Below are positions 52,601 through 64,000 of a stretch of DNA of 64,000 bases, piece by piece. Source of the stretch: Dimorphilus gyrociliatus. Lineage: Eukaryota; Animalia; Annelida. Below the pieces are notes generated by a model, which saw only the letters and a program-made list of their open reading frames with translations, had not been told where the DNA came from and searched no databases. The first letter of the stretch is position 1; each line of letters begins with the position of its first letter. The stretch spans positions 1,047,713 through 1,111,712 of the forward strand of contig CAJFCJ010000004.1 of the NCBI GenBank assembly GCA_904063045.1. The letters run 5' to 3'. The position numbers were made by a program, and so were the translations under genes.

Positions 52601-55600
52601 AACATTCGATCCGAAGAAAGTGAGATGGTTGCATTGGCAAGTGATAACATCCTTCTTTTGAACATCGGCCACCTATCGAGACGATGATTTCATTTAATTA
52701 GATTACTCGACTGTCCCTGAAGAGAACACTAAATAAAGAACTTACAGAGCAGTTATCCTTTTGCCATAAATTTTCACTTTCAGCCCAAAACAGACAGGAA
52801 ATTTTCTCCATAAATACTGAATAGTGAATTAAATCCGACTCTGCAAATGGTTGAATGAATCAATTCATTACAAATTCATCGTTGGGAGTTGTCAATCAAC
52901 AATAAATGTGTGACTTACCGAGTTTCATTCCAATGTATACAGTTCCATTTTGAGAAACTGGAATGATTCGTTCAAAATAATTTACTGCCGATGCAGTAGA
53001 GTATACAAGATATTGTTCATTCTCAGTTGGATTCTCATTCAAACGAACGTAAATTCGAAATTTTTCTCTTTTTTTCATCTTTAATTTCATAAATATGGCA
53101 GAAGTAGGCCAATCGTATGTTATATTGTGAATGATCATGGAAGATTTCCTCTCGGATAGATCGGGAATGAAAACATTTAGATATTGAGTTTTACGATTGT
53201 CCATTTTGAGTTCAAGTTTAATATCTTCTTTAAGATTACTGATATGAATCGGTCGGAAAAAGTTATCAAAAAGCTTAACAGAGAGGGTATGAGAGTTAAT
53301 AAGATTTTTCGATTGAGTTCCCCAGGTTATAGGATTTTTTTTGGACGATATTGTCTGTAGCAATTTATGAGTTAGAAAGAATCATTAAGCTACCAGTGTT
53401 TTTTACTTACTTGTAGGTTAACATATACAGCAGTATATTTATGTAACAATTCAGATGATAAGGATGGGAAAATAACTTTATTCTCTCCACTTTCAATTCC
53501 AGTATTATATAAGGAAACTTTTTTTAGCTTTTGAGCTGTTAGTTTCCAGTTATTATCTCCAATAGTTATTGCTTCTTCGTCTTCTACTCTGCTTTCTAAG
53601 ATACTTTGAGTAATAAGGTCTGTTGTTGTCGTAATGAGAGGAACGACAACTCTAGTCTATTATAAATCAGAAATAAGTAATAAATTCTTATTAATCATCC
53701 TTGAGAAACTTACTAATGCGTTTTCTTTCACGTCAATTTCATTTTGTTTTATTGTCACATTTCTTTTATACATTTCTTGACTTTCTGGTGGCAAATCTGG
53801 AGGAACAGTTGATAGAGATGGGGATGGATAGCTGATGTCAATTAAACTTGACACTGCTTCCATTAAGCCTGAGAGCATATAGTTGTATTAGACATACTCG
53901 TTTTTATCATTTTAAGAGATTATATACTTTCTGAAGTTGAATACATAACTTCTTGGTCAGTGTTCAATAGACTTCTATATTTAGATGATAGACGATAAAC
54001 ATTTTGCACAGCCTCACTCTAGGATAGCATAAATATTAATAAATTAATGTTACAAATAATTTTTATTACCGTTGCTTTATCCATATAATAATCTGAGTTT
54101 GATCCTAATATTCTTGATAAAGTGGCAGATCCTTGCTGAATATCTATTTCATTTTCAAGAAAAGTATTAATATCAGTAAAAGAATGGATTAATGAGCTTC
54201 GTATTTGCTGATGCTGCTCGAGAGAGAAGGGAGTTGAATAACACGAAGATTGCCCATCAAGGTATGCCATGACGGCTGATTGTATTCTTAAGGCACCTCT
54301 ATAATCTTTGTTCGTGATCATGCTATTCATTTCACCTTTAAAGTCAGTAAGAATATTTAGAATATCTTTGAACTCTGCTGTGAATGATTGAACATAGGCA
54401 ACCAGATGAACAACATTTGTGGACCCTATCGTATCCGATATTTCAACTTTAATAGGCAATTTCGGATTTACCGGTAAATGCATGAGAGGAGATTTTGAAT
54501 TAGGTGAAGAGTGAAGTAAATTCCATCCCAAATGGTCTTTATAATAAATTTTATACATCATTGGCCGAAGAAAATATACATCATCCGATGGACTTCTTTT
54601 CAATTGTAAATCTTCATCAGACCAACCTGTGCATATAACTTGAAATCTTGTTTCCAGAGAAATACCTTTTAAATAAATTACTTTGCGTAAATTCATAATA
54701 ATAAACCTTTGTGCTTACCTTGTTTTGGCTCTACCCGACACGTTCCAGAGTAGGGAGGAAAGTTAGTATTGATTACCTTCTCTGTAAATCCATAAGTGTT
54801 ACCACTCCTCCATGTAGTTCGAATGGTATAAACTTTACCAGGCTGTAATATTCCTTCTTTTAAGCCTAAATATTCCAAATTTGCTTCTAGAAGTGATTAC
54901 ATAATTTAAATAAATGAAAGAGGTATTAAATTAAATTTTTACCAGTTGTTATATATTTTTTGACGTCTACTACGGAGGAGCCGTTTTCGTTTTCAATTAA
55001 AACTGACCATTCTCTTTGCCATATCATATTTGATGGACAATTACTACACATTGTTCTTAGCATAAGCTTTTTTAAAGCATTAATCTTTCTTTCACAGTTA
55101 ATCAAACATATAATATTAAGATTTGGATGGAAGGATGAAAAAGCTATTATAATAATTTTTTGCTCTGAAGAAGCTATCTGATTGTTCTGTTTAGCTTGTA
55201 CTCTTAAGGAGTAGTGTCCAATACCTGGTGCCAGTGTTGAAAGGCATCCGAAACCACATGTTGCTCTTTTTTCTCTTTTAGAGAATTTTTGATTTGATAA
55301 AATCGACCATACAGCAGATGATGAACTTTTTATGCTAAATATAAATTCGTCAATATCACCACCATCTTCATCAACTGAATTTGAAGCGTCAATTAATATA
55401 TTCTCATTTAAATTAACTGATCTTGCTGTGCCACCAATAATATTAACTTTTAGAGGAGTTTGCAATATTTTTATGTATTTTATAGCTGTTGCTTTTACAT
55501 TAAATTCTGTAATTGTAACTGTAAAGTTTATTATATGGCTGCCATAATGCAATGTTCTCGGTGGAATCTTCAGCCAAGGTTTTTTGCGATTTGGCATACT

Positions 55601-58600
55601 AATTATGTTCTCCCTTTCATCATAAACTGTCCATAAAACCGTTACTGGTAGAAGAGTTTCACAGGTACTTTTAAACTCAGCTTGAAAGTAACTTGCTTCT
55701 GATTTATATATATTTAATGGATCATCTTGTTTCTCACCCATCTCGCCTAAATCTATAACTGGTTTTTGACATTGGACAACTTCGACTTTAAGACGAACTA
55801 CAGATTTAGACCTGCTATTAAAAGCATAGACGAATATCTCGTATGTTCCTGGTTTCTTCCACGTATGAAAATGTTGTAATTTTTTTCTTTCAAATCTAAA
55901 ACTCTTTAGAACAACATTTTGATATTCTTTCAGACATCCTGTATGACCATACAGTGCTTGGGTTGTCGAGTCTCCAAGGTCCCATAGCAAACATGGTTCT
56001 ATACCAAGAGATGTATAACGAAGTTCCAGTTTCGCTTCATGATCAACAACGGCGGAACCAATGACTTTTAGGGTCAAACCGGCAATGCGATTTTGAATTG
56101 TTACGTGAAAATATTTGGTATCTTCACAGAAACTGTTACTTGCCGTAACACTTAGATTATATGATCCTTGTTTTTCATAAAAGTATGAAAGTTGGTATTC
56201 TTTGTACGGTGGTTTAATGGCTGGCTCTTTTTTCTTTATCATATTAAATAAGAGAGTAACGTTCGAACCTTTCTCCCATTTAACTTTGAAAATAATTGTC
56301 TCATCTGGTGAATATATAGTAGCTTTAGAAGAAAATTCCAGTTTTTCTATACACTCTCCAATTCTAATAGTTGACGATTGTACTTCAGTACCAACTAAAT
56401 TTTTTATTTCTCCCTTTATGTTATAGTATTTTTCTAGTTTGTATTTATGACTAATCGTAAAATTATGCGTTTTATTCAAGTTAACATGATCAAAATTGTA
56501 AATTTTGCCATCTCCTGTTTCTAGTCTAGCTGAAGCATCTGTTATCTTTTCCTTTGAATTATTCAAATAGAAAGTAAAAATAGCATCATCATTGTAAGAT
56601 GGTACATTTTTTGCTTCAATTAAAACTTTAGGTAACTTCCTAACTAATTGAATTCTCTTCCATATTACTTTGGTACTATATTCATTTTTTACAGACATTG
56701 TGATATTACGATAACCTTCGTTCTCAAAGACATAAGAAAGTGAAAATGTTTTTGAAGTTGGGCTGTCCCCAGGGGCAGCGAATGCATTCAACAGACCTTC
56801 AATATTAGATCTTATATCAATTCTATAGTTGGAACCCTCACTTACGAGGCAAGATATATTGAAAGGTTTCCCAGTTTCCCAGACAGTCTCCGTCAATACT
56901 AAATATATGCTACCAATTTCCCTTACAGCTACTACTTCGATAGCTTTTGACTTCGTAGATATTTGATTTTTAGCCGTTAGATGATAGGTATGGGAGTCAA
57001 TTGTTAATGGGACTGGAACTTGGAGTTTAGTCGCTATTTTTGGACAATCCAAGGACTGTTCATATACAATTCTAGTAGCTTCATTTGTTTTTATGTCAGT
57101 CATGGAGCAAGTTATAGGAACTCCATCAGTAATTATCCAACTGATGACCACATATGGATCTTTAAGACGTATCAGATGCTTTTCAGGGGAGATTTGAATA
57201 TTTTGTATTGGTTCTTCAACTTCGATGTTTGTTATTTGACACGTTTTTGATGAAAAGAAATTTTGGGCCAAAATGTCAATTTGAAATTTTCCGGTTTTGG
57301 TATAGTTATAAAGAAAACTTTGCGTTTGATTGGATATAACATTCTGTAACACTTTCTCTCTTCCATCACCAAAAGAAATTCTCAGACTAACATTTGTTCC
57401 ATGATTTACTTTATATTCTAGTGTATAAATATGTTTATTGGACAATAGAAGCTCACTTGTACTACACAATAGGGAAGATATTGATATTCCCACTTTAACT
57501 TGTATTTCTCTTTGTATTTCACTCACAGGATTACTCGCCTTAGCAATTAGCGTATAGAAGCCATCATGTTTATATAGATAGTATAGCTGCCGTTGATATT
57601 TATTTACATATGCTAACGAACTACTTTGATTCCCATCACCAAAATAGATTGTAAAATTTGAATGACTTGGAACGGCTACCGTTTCTAAGAATTTAATAAG
57701 CAAATTTAAAGGTTTTATTGTTGTTGAAATATCCAGAATTTCAAGATTCAAGTCAACAATAGGCTGGTAAACTTGAAAAGAAATTGTCGATGTCAAATTG
57801 CTAAGAGTATTGAAGCATGTTACAGATGTAGTATAAATTCCTTCGAATTCTCCAAGGATACCAAAATTATAGATATAATCTTTACCATTTGAGACAAAAA
57901 ATTGATTTGGTATAGTAATTGAGCCATTGGTAGAAATATGAATATTAATATTCGTCCCCTTAGAAATATTCAGTTGAACATTGGTAGTTTCGTTACTCTT
58001 TAGAATAGTTTTGAAAACTTGTATATTGAAACCTAAAATTTCTTCTTCTACAGTTATATTTGCTGAATAATATGTGGTATTACTAACAGTATTACTAAGT
58101 TCCATATTTATTTGATGTACACCTTTAGCAATATTTGTAATATTTGCGTAATAATGCGTAGAATTGTATTTCATAGTTAAATATTTAACATCATTTATAA
58201 AAAATGATGTATTGACTGGATTTCCTTTAGATAGTTTCCACCAAAAGATTTTTTCATCTTCAAAGTTAAAATAAAAGTTTCCAATAGCTATAAAACTGTC
58301 TATCTTTTCTTGAACTTCAATGGAATCATTATATTTCACTTCTATGGAGCCTAACTCATTGGAAATATTCAGACTTGTATTGAAAAATCCTATTTGTGTT
58401 GTAGTGAAAGAGAATGTGTATATTTTGCTGTTGTTTACAAGAGCTGCTATCATTTTTTGCTGTTTGGTGTCTCCAAACGTTACTTCAGCTTGTAAGTTAC
58501 TTCCTTGTTCAATTTTTATTTCCACTGTAACTTTCTCACCTATACTTAATACTTTCGGATGGACTCGAAAGATTTGAAAGTTATCAATAGTTGTTCCTAT

Positions 58601-61600
58601 TTCACGATATGTTGATTCTTTTATAATGGATGAAACATTATTAGATACTTCAACTGTTAGATAATAATGGCCATCTTTCGGTATAGATGAACAATGACCA
58701 TATATCCTCTCAAAGTTTTGGAAGAAGTATGTTCCACATAAAACTGACTGTAGGGCGGAGACTTCTTTAATCCGAACTGAGAGTTGGACGTTGGTAGCAG
58801 AATTATTTGATTCGATGCTGAAATTCACTCCTGACTGATAATGAGAAGAGTTTCCAACTAGAATATCTATCGTTTCAATAGGATTTTCGATCTCTATAAA
58901 ATTGCTGTATGTTGATACGTTTCCAATTATATTAGATGAATTTCCGTATAGCCTGTATATTCCAGGTTTACTGTAACTTATCTCATAGTTTTCCCTATAG
59001 TTTATATGATCTCCTGTCAAATTTTTTGTAGCAGTTCCTTCATTAAGATAAATGCTATATTCCAAATTTGATCCAGAAATTTCCAAAGTTGTGTTGAAAG
59101 TTTCGTTTGTTTTATAAAATAACTTTTCAAAAGAGATTGAAAGATTTGATACTTGACGTTCAATTTGAACTGTCGTATTACCAGTCAATTCTGATATGTT
59201 ATTCTTTGCAGTGATAGTAAGGTCATGTATTCCAATAGTTGTAAAGTTATCAGGAAGGATAAAGAAATAATCTCTGGTTTTTCCCAGAGATGTATCGTTA
59301 AATACCTCAAAAGTAACATCATATCCATGATCAAGAGTCCATGAAATATTTTTTAAGTTATCTCTTTCGAAAAGATAAAATTTGGATATATTCAAACCGT
59401 AAATAGGATCTTGAACAGTTATATTCCATTCTGATCTGTTTTCATTCAAGATATTTTGGCATGATACTGTTAAATTAATTAATCCTTTACTATCGAAAAA
59501 ATTGGGTATGGTAAATGGTATTGTTAAATTGCTAATGAAAGTAGTATTTATTGGTAAGTTATTTTTAAACAAGGTGCAATTAGCGTCGGTTCCAGAATCA
59601 GCCACAATTGAAATATTTGCGTAGCTATTTATTGAAAGAATCTTTGGTGCTATAAGTTTCAAATTTGATACAACTTCTGTAAGTTTAATAACTTGAATTG
59701 TTACATTTTTTATAAAATCATTTTTCTCATTTCTTCCAATTATTTCTATTTCATAGAAACCAATATGTTCAAATTGATGATATAAAATTGTTTCTTCTGT
59801 GAAAAACACTGGGAAATTCGTAAAATTAACTCTAAACATGGCATAAGTTTCGTTTTTCACTGATAAGAATATCTTAAACGTCTGATTTACATTGATTAAT
59901 TTTATATCTCGATTTAAAAATGAATAATGATCTTCTATTGTCACATTAAATTCAGTTATTGGAAGAGGATTTAGTAAAGGTTTTACAGCAGTTTGACTGT
60001 AAATCTTATAAGGATAACTACTCGTACAGTTTTGCATCTCAGGCAAAGAGGAATTTAGACAAAAGCAGGTCAAATTGGCAAAGTAGTAGGCAGAGTGAGT
60101 ATTTTCAAAACCGCATTTTTCTCTGCAATGTGTATCATGATTGGCTTTTCCGATATAAGTCCAATTGGAATCAATATTGTCTACGCAACCCAGGTAGTAG
60201 TAGCCTAAGTATAATTATATATCTTATTAGTGAAAATATTAGGTAATTATTACTTTTAAACTTTACCCAAATTAAAGAACAATTCGTTTGGAGTTGTCCA
60301 TCCATCAGTAAAAATAAATTCGTCTATGCTGAATGAGGATATTTCGTCACCAAAGGTTAGAATCTCACTGGGTGGCACATGAACATCAGATTTAGTTCCA
60401 TTAAGCTTAAAAAAGAAGATTCCATCAATGTAAATATTTAAATCGAATCCCCAGCTCCATGTTAGATGAAACTGAAACCATTTGTTGATGCGAAAGTTCA
60501 TGATATGTTCCCAAAAATAGTCATATATTTTCATCTAGAAGGAATATTTCGTCAAAAGTGATTTTTTAAACTCATAAAATGATAAAAAACGAAACTTTTT
60601 ACCTTTATTTTACAATATCTTCGTAGTGGTAAACTGGAATTGTATGCACCACAACGAATACTCAGCCATGACGAATTGAAGATTGTTTTTTCACCTTCAT
60701 CAGGAAAATACATATAAGCACTAAATGCAAAACCAACACATTTTGTTAAATCTGTAAAGCAGCTTTCTTCTGGCATGTCAATTGCTATGCTACCATTTGA
60801 TAGTTTCGCAAAGCGATTACTAATTTTCCCGCTTTCATAGGTTACATTTACACATTCATAGTCAATTTCATTGTTGTTTAATGTTCCTTTATCTTGTTGA
60901 AAATTTAAAATTAAACGATTTTTATATCTTATGTAACTTGCTGAAAAAAGCAATAATACATTCAATGGATTTATCGAAATATTTCTGTAAACTTACTGTA
61001 TTGATCTTTAACAAAACTGTCCGACGTTACGTGATCAATAAACGATAGTTCATCGATGGAAACGCCAGCGTTTGCGTTATCTCCTAGTTTGATTTGGGAT
61101 ATTTGCTGAGTATCAACTGTTGTTAAACTTTTCTGAATAGCAACTGATTGCTTTATACTGTTTATGTAAACCGAAAGAGGATATATGGAGGCGAATTTTT
61201 GACAATATATTAGAATAAAATTCCATGATATTCTTCTTAGATCTGCTTCAAAATATGAAATTTCTTGTTTATTAATGCATTTTCCAACTAGAGTCTCATT
61301 TTCTGGTATGTAATCTAAAATAATTGATGTTTGAATGTTCAAAATATTAATTCTCGGATCAGATTTCTTAGCATTCAACTTTAACCAAAAAGTTATTCTA
61401 AGACCTAACTCACACCAATCAATAGCCGATATACATTCTTTTGACAAATAGTAACTTGTTTCTATGGCTTTTTCTATTAATACCGATGTATTTTTTATTC
61501 CAGTTTCTCTTGTAAGTGTATCATTCCAAAAGGTATCATCAATATGCTCATCAAATGAATATACATATTCTTTCTCTAAAACACTTACCATACCATTAAC

Positions 61601-64000
61601 CATAGTTGAATTCATCATGTATCTATATAAATATATCTCATCAATATACAAATCATCTCCAGCAAACTCCCAAGCAACATTTGCTTGTTCATTAGTACAT
61701 GAGGTAAGAGGCTTTAATAGTAACTGACCTCCATTATAGGTCACATTTATTAGATCAGAAGTCATGGATACACTTAAATGAGTCCAAATTCCTATAGAGG
61801 TTGCCAAACTAAGAGGATTTGGGAGGTAAACACTTGAAATTGATATATTTCCAAAACTCTTTAGTTCAATTGATAGAGCTTGTCCAAAGCTTAAGATTGA
61901 CATTTCAGAAAAGGAATATGGTAATTTATACCAGAAAGCAATACTAAACCCATCAGGACATAAGGATAAGCTAGCCGGGCAAGAGTATGTCACATATGTA
62001 TCTAAACGTCCCAAACTTAATCCATTTCCATTGACTCCTTTTATAATATTTGAAGATTGTTGTGTCCACCACCAGCCTCTTTCATCAGACAGATCACCTA
62101 GACTATCCAGATCTTCATAGGATTCTCTGATAGATTGAAATATTATTGATCTATCAGTTTCATCAAAAACATAATTTTCCGATATATATAGATCATCTAT
62201 TGCTAAAAAAGTTCCATCATACTGTCTTCCGACTACTAAACAATGATTTACATCACAGAAGGAAGGTCTACCATGAATTGACAAGGGATTTTGAGTAAGT
62301 ACAAGTTGTGTGCCATTATACTTTACAACATCAATATTATTAATATAAAGAGACAACCCTTTTACTGAATGCCATGTGAACATAACATTAAGCCAATTAC
62401 GTATTACAAATGTCTCGCTTGTTGTTCTCCAAACTGTGTCCTTAGTAACTACTTCTACAGTCAATTTATATTGATCGTAAACAACGTAATAGCCAACCTC
62501 TGTTGTATTTGACATCAGCAATAGAGCATAATTTGTATTTGATGAAGGACGAAACCAGAATGATACAGATAGGCCCAGTTCACACTCCAAAATATTTGCA
62601 AAGCATCTTGTTAAGTGATGCTTATTTGTGTACAATTGAAAACTATGATAATCTATGAGTTTTGCTGCTTTTCGCTCTCCATCGGCAAATGGGATTAGCT
62701 TTGAAGTACTGTAAGAAGCTTTATATTGTCCATCAGAAGGAAATTTGCCGATATCTAGTTCGTCAAAACTAAACAAAATTCCAATTCTTTCATGTTCAAG
62801 ACATTCGACACCGTCAATATTCCATTGAAAATTTCCACTACTAGTTGGTTCACTTATTAGAACCGTAGCAATTGGTAGAAACATTCCAGAATTATAAGTC
62901 AAAAATCTCTCCCCTTCGTATGATATGTAGCCTTCATCAATACTTGAATCGCTAATACCATTGCAATTACAAGTTTCAGTATCATTACAACTATTGTCAT
63001 TTTTGCACGGACAAGTCATTGCAACATCAGCTCCAGGGAATGTTTTTGTTTTTACACTGAAAAGTCCTCCGAATTCCGTAACAGATCCACCTCCAAAAAG
63101 TTTATACTTATTTTCACACTTGAATGTAAACTTTTGACGGCATGAAGACGATCTACTCGATATGTTAGTAAGTATTTCCTGATCATAAGCCAAACTATCG
63201 GCCAAGGAAAATTCTTTACTCCCAGAAGTAAACCAAGTGCCTTCATCCTTCATAGGTATATGCTTATAAGTTGACTTTTTAGATGAATTTGTAAATTTAC
63301 AACGCATCATATAGGAATCTACTCTTAATGGATAATCGTCATCAAAATAAGCAGAATTCTCGTATTCCGAGCATGTTTTCATATCTAATTAAAAGAAATA
63401 AAATCTAACATTAGCTTTAAATAATATTATTTTTAATGTATTAATAAATTACCATAAAAATCGTATAATCCTATATCATCAATTATTCTATAGTGCTTCG
63501 TTGAAGTCATTAAATAGTATAAATCGTCAAATTCTCCTTTTCCTCTATTTGATATAGTAAATGGAGCTCCAGTCAATCTTCCTCCAACAACTATATATCC
63601 GTCAGTAGCTGAGCTTTCAATAAAATCTGAGGTTTTCCAACAAGTATAATTTAGCTCTGTATTATGTAAATAAAATCTAGCTCTTATAATGAGCCCTGCA
63701 TGATTTGAGACATTATATCGAAGTTGGATAAATTGCCAACTATGCATTTTTATTATTGTCCATGAAGCGCACGTTTTATTTTGACCATTAATTGTTATTG
63801 TCATATTATCATTCACGTTTGAAACTTCTATATGTGTTTGCTGCATATCACCAACCCAAAAATGGGTTCCTGCAGTTGACGATATTTTAAGCCAGAATGT
63901 CCATAAAAAATTCATCCCTAAACAATATCTTGGACTGGTCAGACAATTTTTAAAAAACTTTTGAGAGATTGCATAGCCAGTTTCATAATTAATGTGATTC
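49669..64000 (-). CDS. Giant polycystin-1-like (PKD1L-type) protein; 5' end beyond window: LamG-like x5, Caspr-type fibrinogen-like, WSC, multiple PKD repeats, REJ, GAIN/GPS, TM, PLAT, 11-TM/channel region
   Basis: The frame is open at base 64000 and the exons join by GT-AG. WSC YYLGCVD...CREKCG...CFC (exon starting about 60199); PKD motifs FGDG/WDLGD; REJ GGTARSV and CTGWSDED; GPS SCLFW...W...C|...CQCNHLTFFG; PLAT YALIVRTGYGRNAGTDSQI; WLSVFSRPTRSYFTRVQR; polycystin TOP and channel helices in 49669-51251. Confidence 0.95.

Noticed and set aside
54926-60073. 1715-aa ORF as a stand-alone surface or giant adhesin gene
   Set aside because: It is bounded by splice sites and joins in frame to WSC upstream and REJ/GPS downstream, so it is one large exon of the polycystin.

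Overview
Eukaryotic, very AT-rich and gene-dense animal DNA. I reconstruct about 17 protein-coding genes by hand. Most are split by short canonical GT-AG introns of roughly 50-130 nt, so the ORF track fragments or misses many of them. Gene content (antistasin/WAP/Kunitz proteins, lophotrochozoan-type ionotropic receptor, LBP/BPI, PKD1-like) and the micro-introns suggest a miniaturised invertebrate genome, plausibly a spiralian such as a small annelid. That is inference, not an identification. In order along the window: an unknown acidic protein (5'-truncated), an iGluR/IR-like receptor, an OFCC1-like protein, a 4x Kazal inhibitor, LBP/BPI, an orphan class A GPCR (-), an FN3 receptor tyrosine kinase, tau-tubulin kinase, a plant/fungal-type pathogen-related protein, a class B/Mth-like 7TM receptor (-), two tandem membrane-anchored WAP-antistasin-Kunitz paralogs, a secreted 4x PAN/apple protein, an intronless SLC6 transporter, a small tyrosine-motif transmembrane protein (-), a secreted 2x EF-hand precursor (-), a beta-propeller protein, and a giant polycystin-1-like gene (-) that runs off the right end. 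I saw no rRNA, tRNA, CRISPR array or transposon. The most interesting items are: a Caspr-type fibrinogen-like plus LamG cassette fused to polycystin-1; paired membrane inhibitors with a disulfide-deficient Kunitz domain and a P1-Glu Kunitz domain; a possible amidated-peptide/EF-hand precursor; an adaptor-like microprotein; an SLC6 with Asp at a key pocket position; and recurrent CTCF-like motifs in intergenic DNA. Exon coordinates were read by eye and may be off by a few bases.
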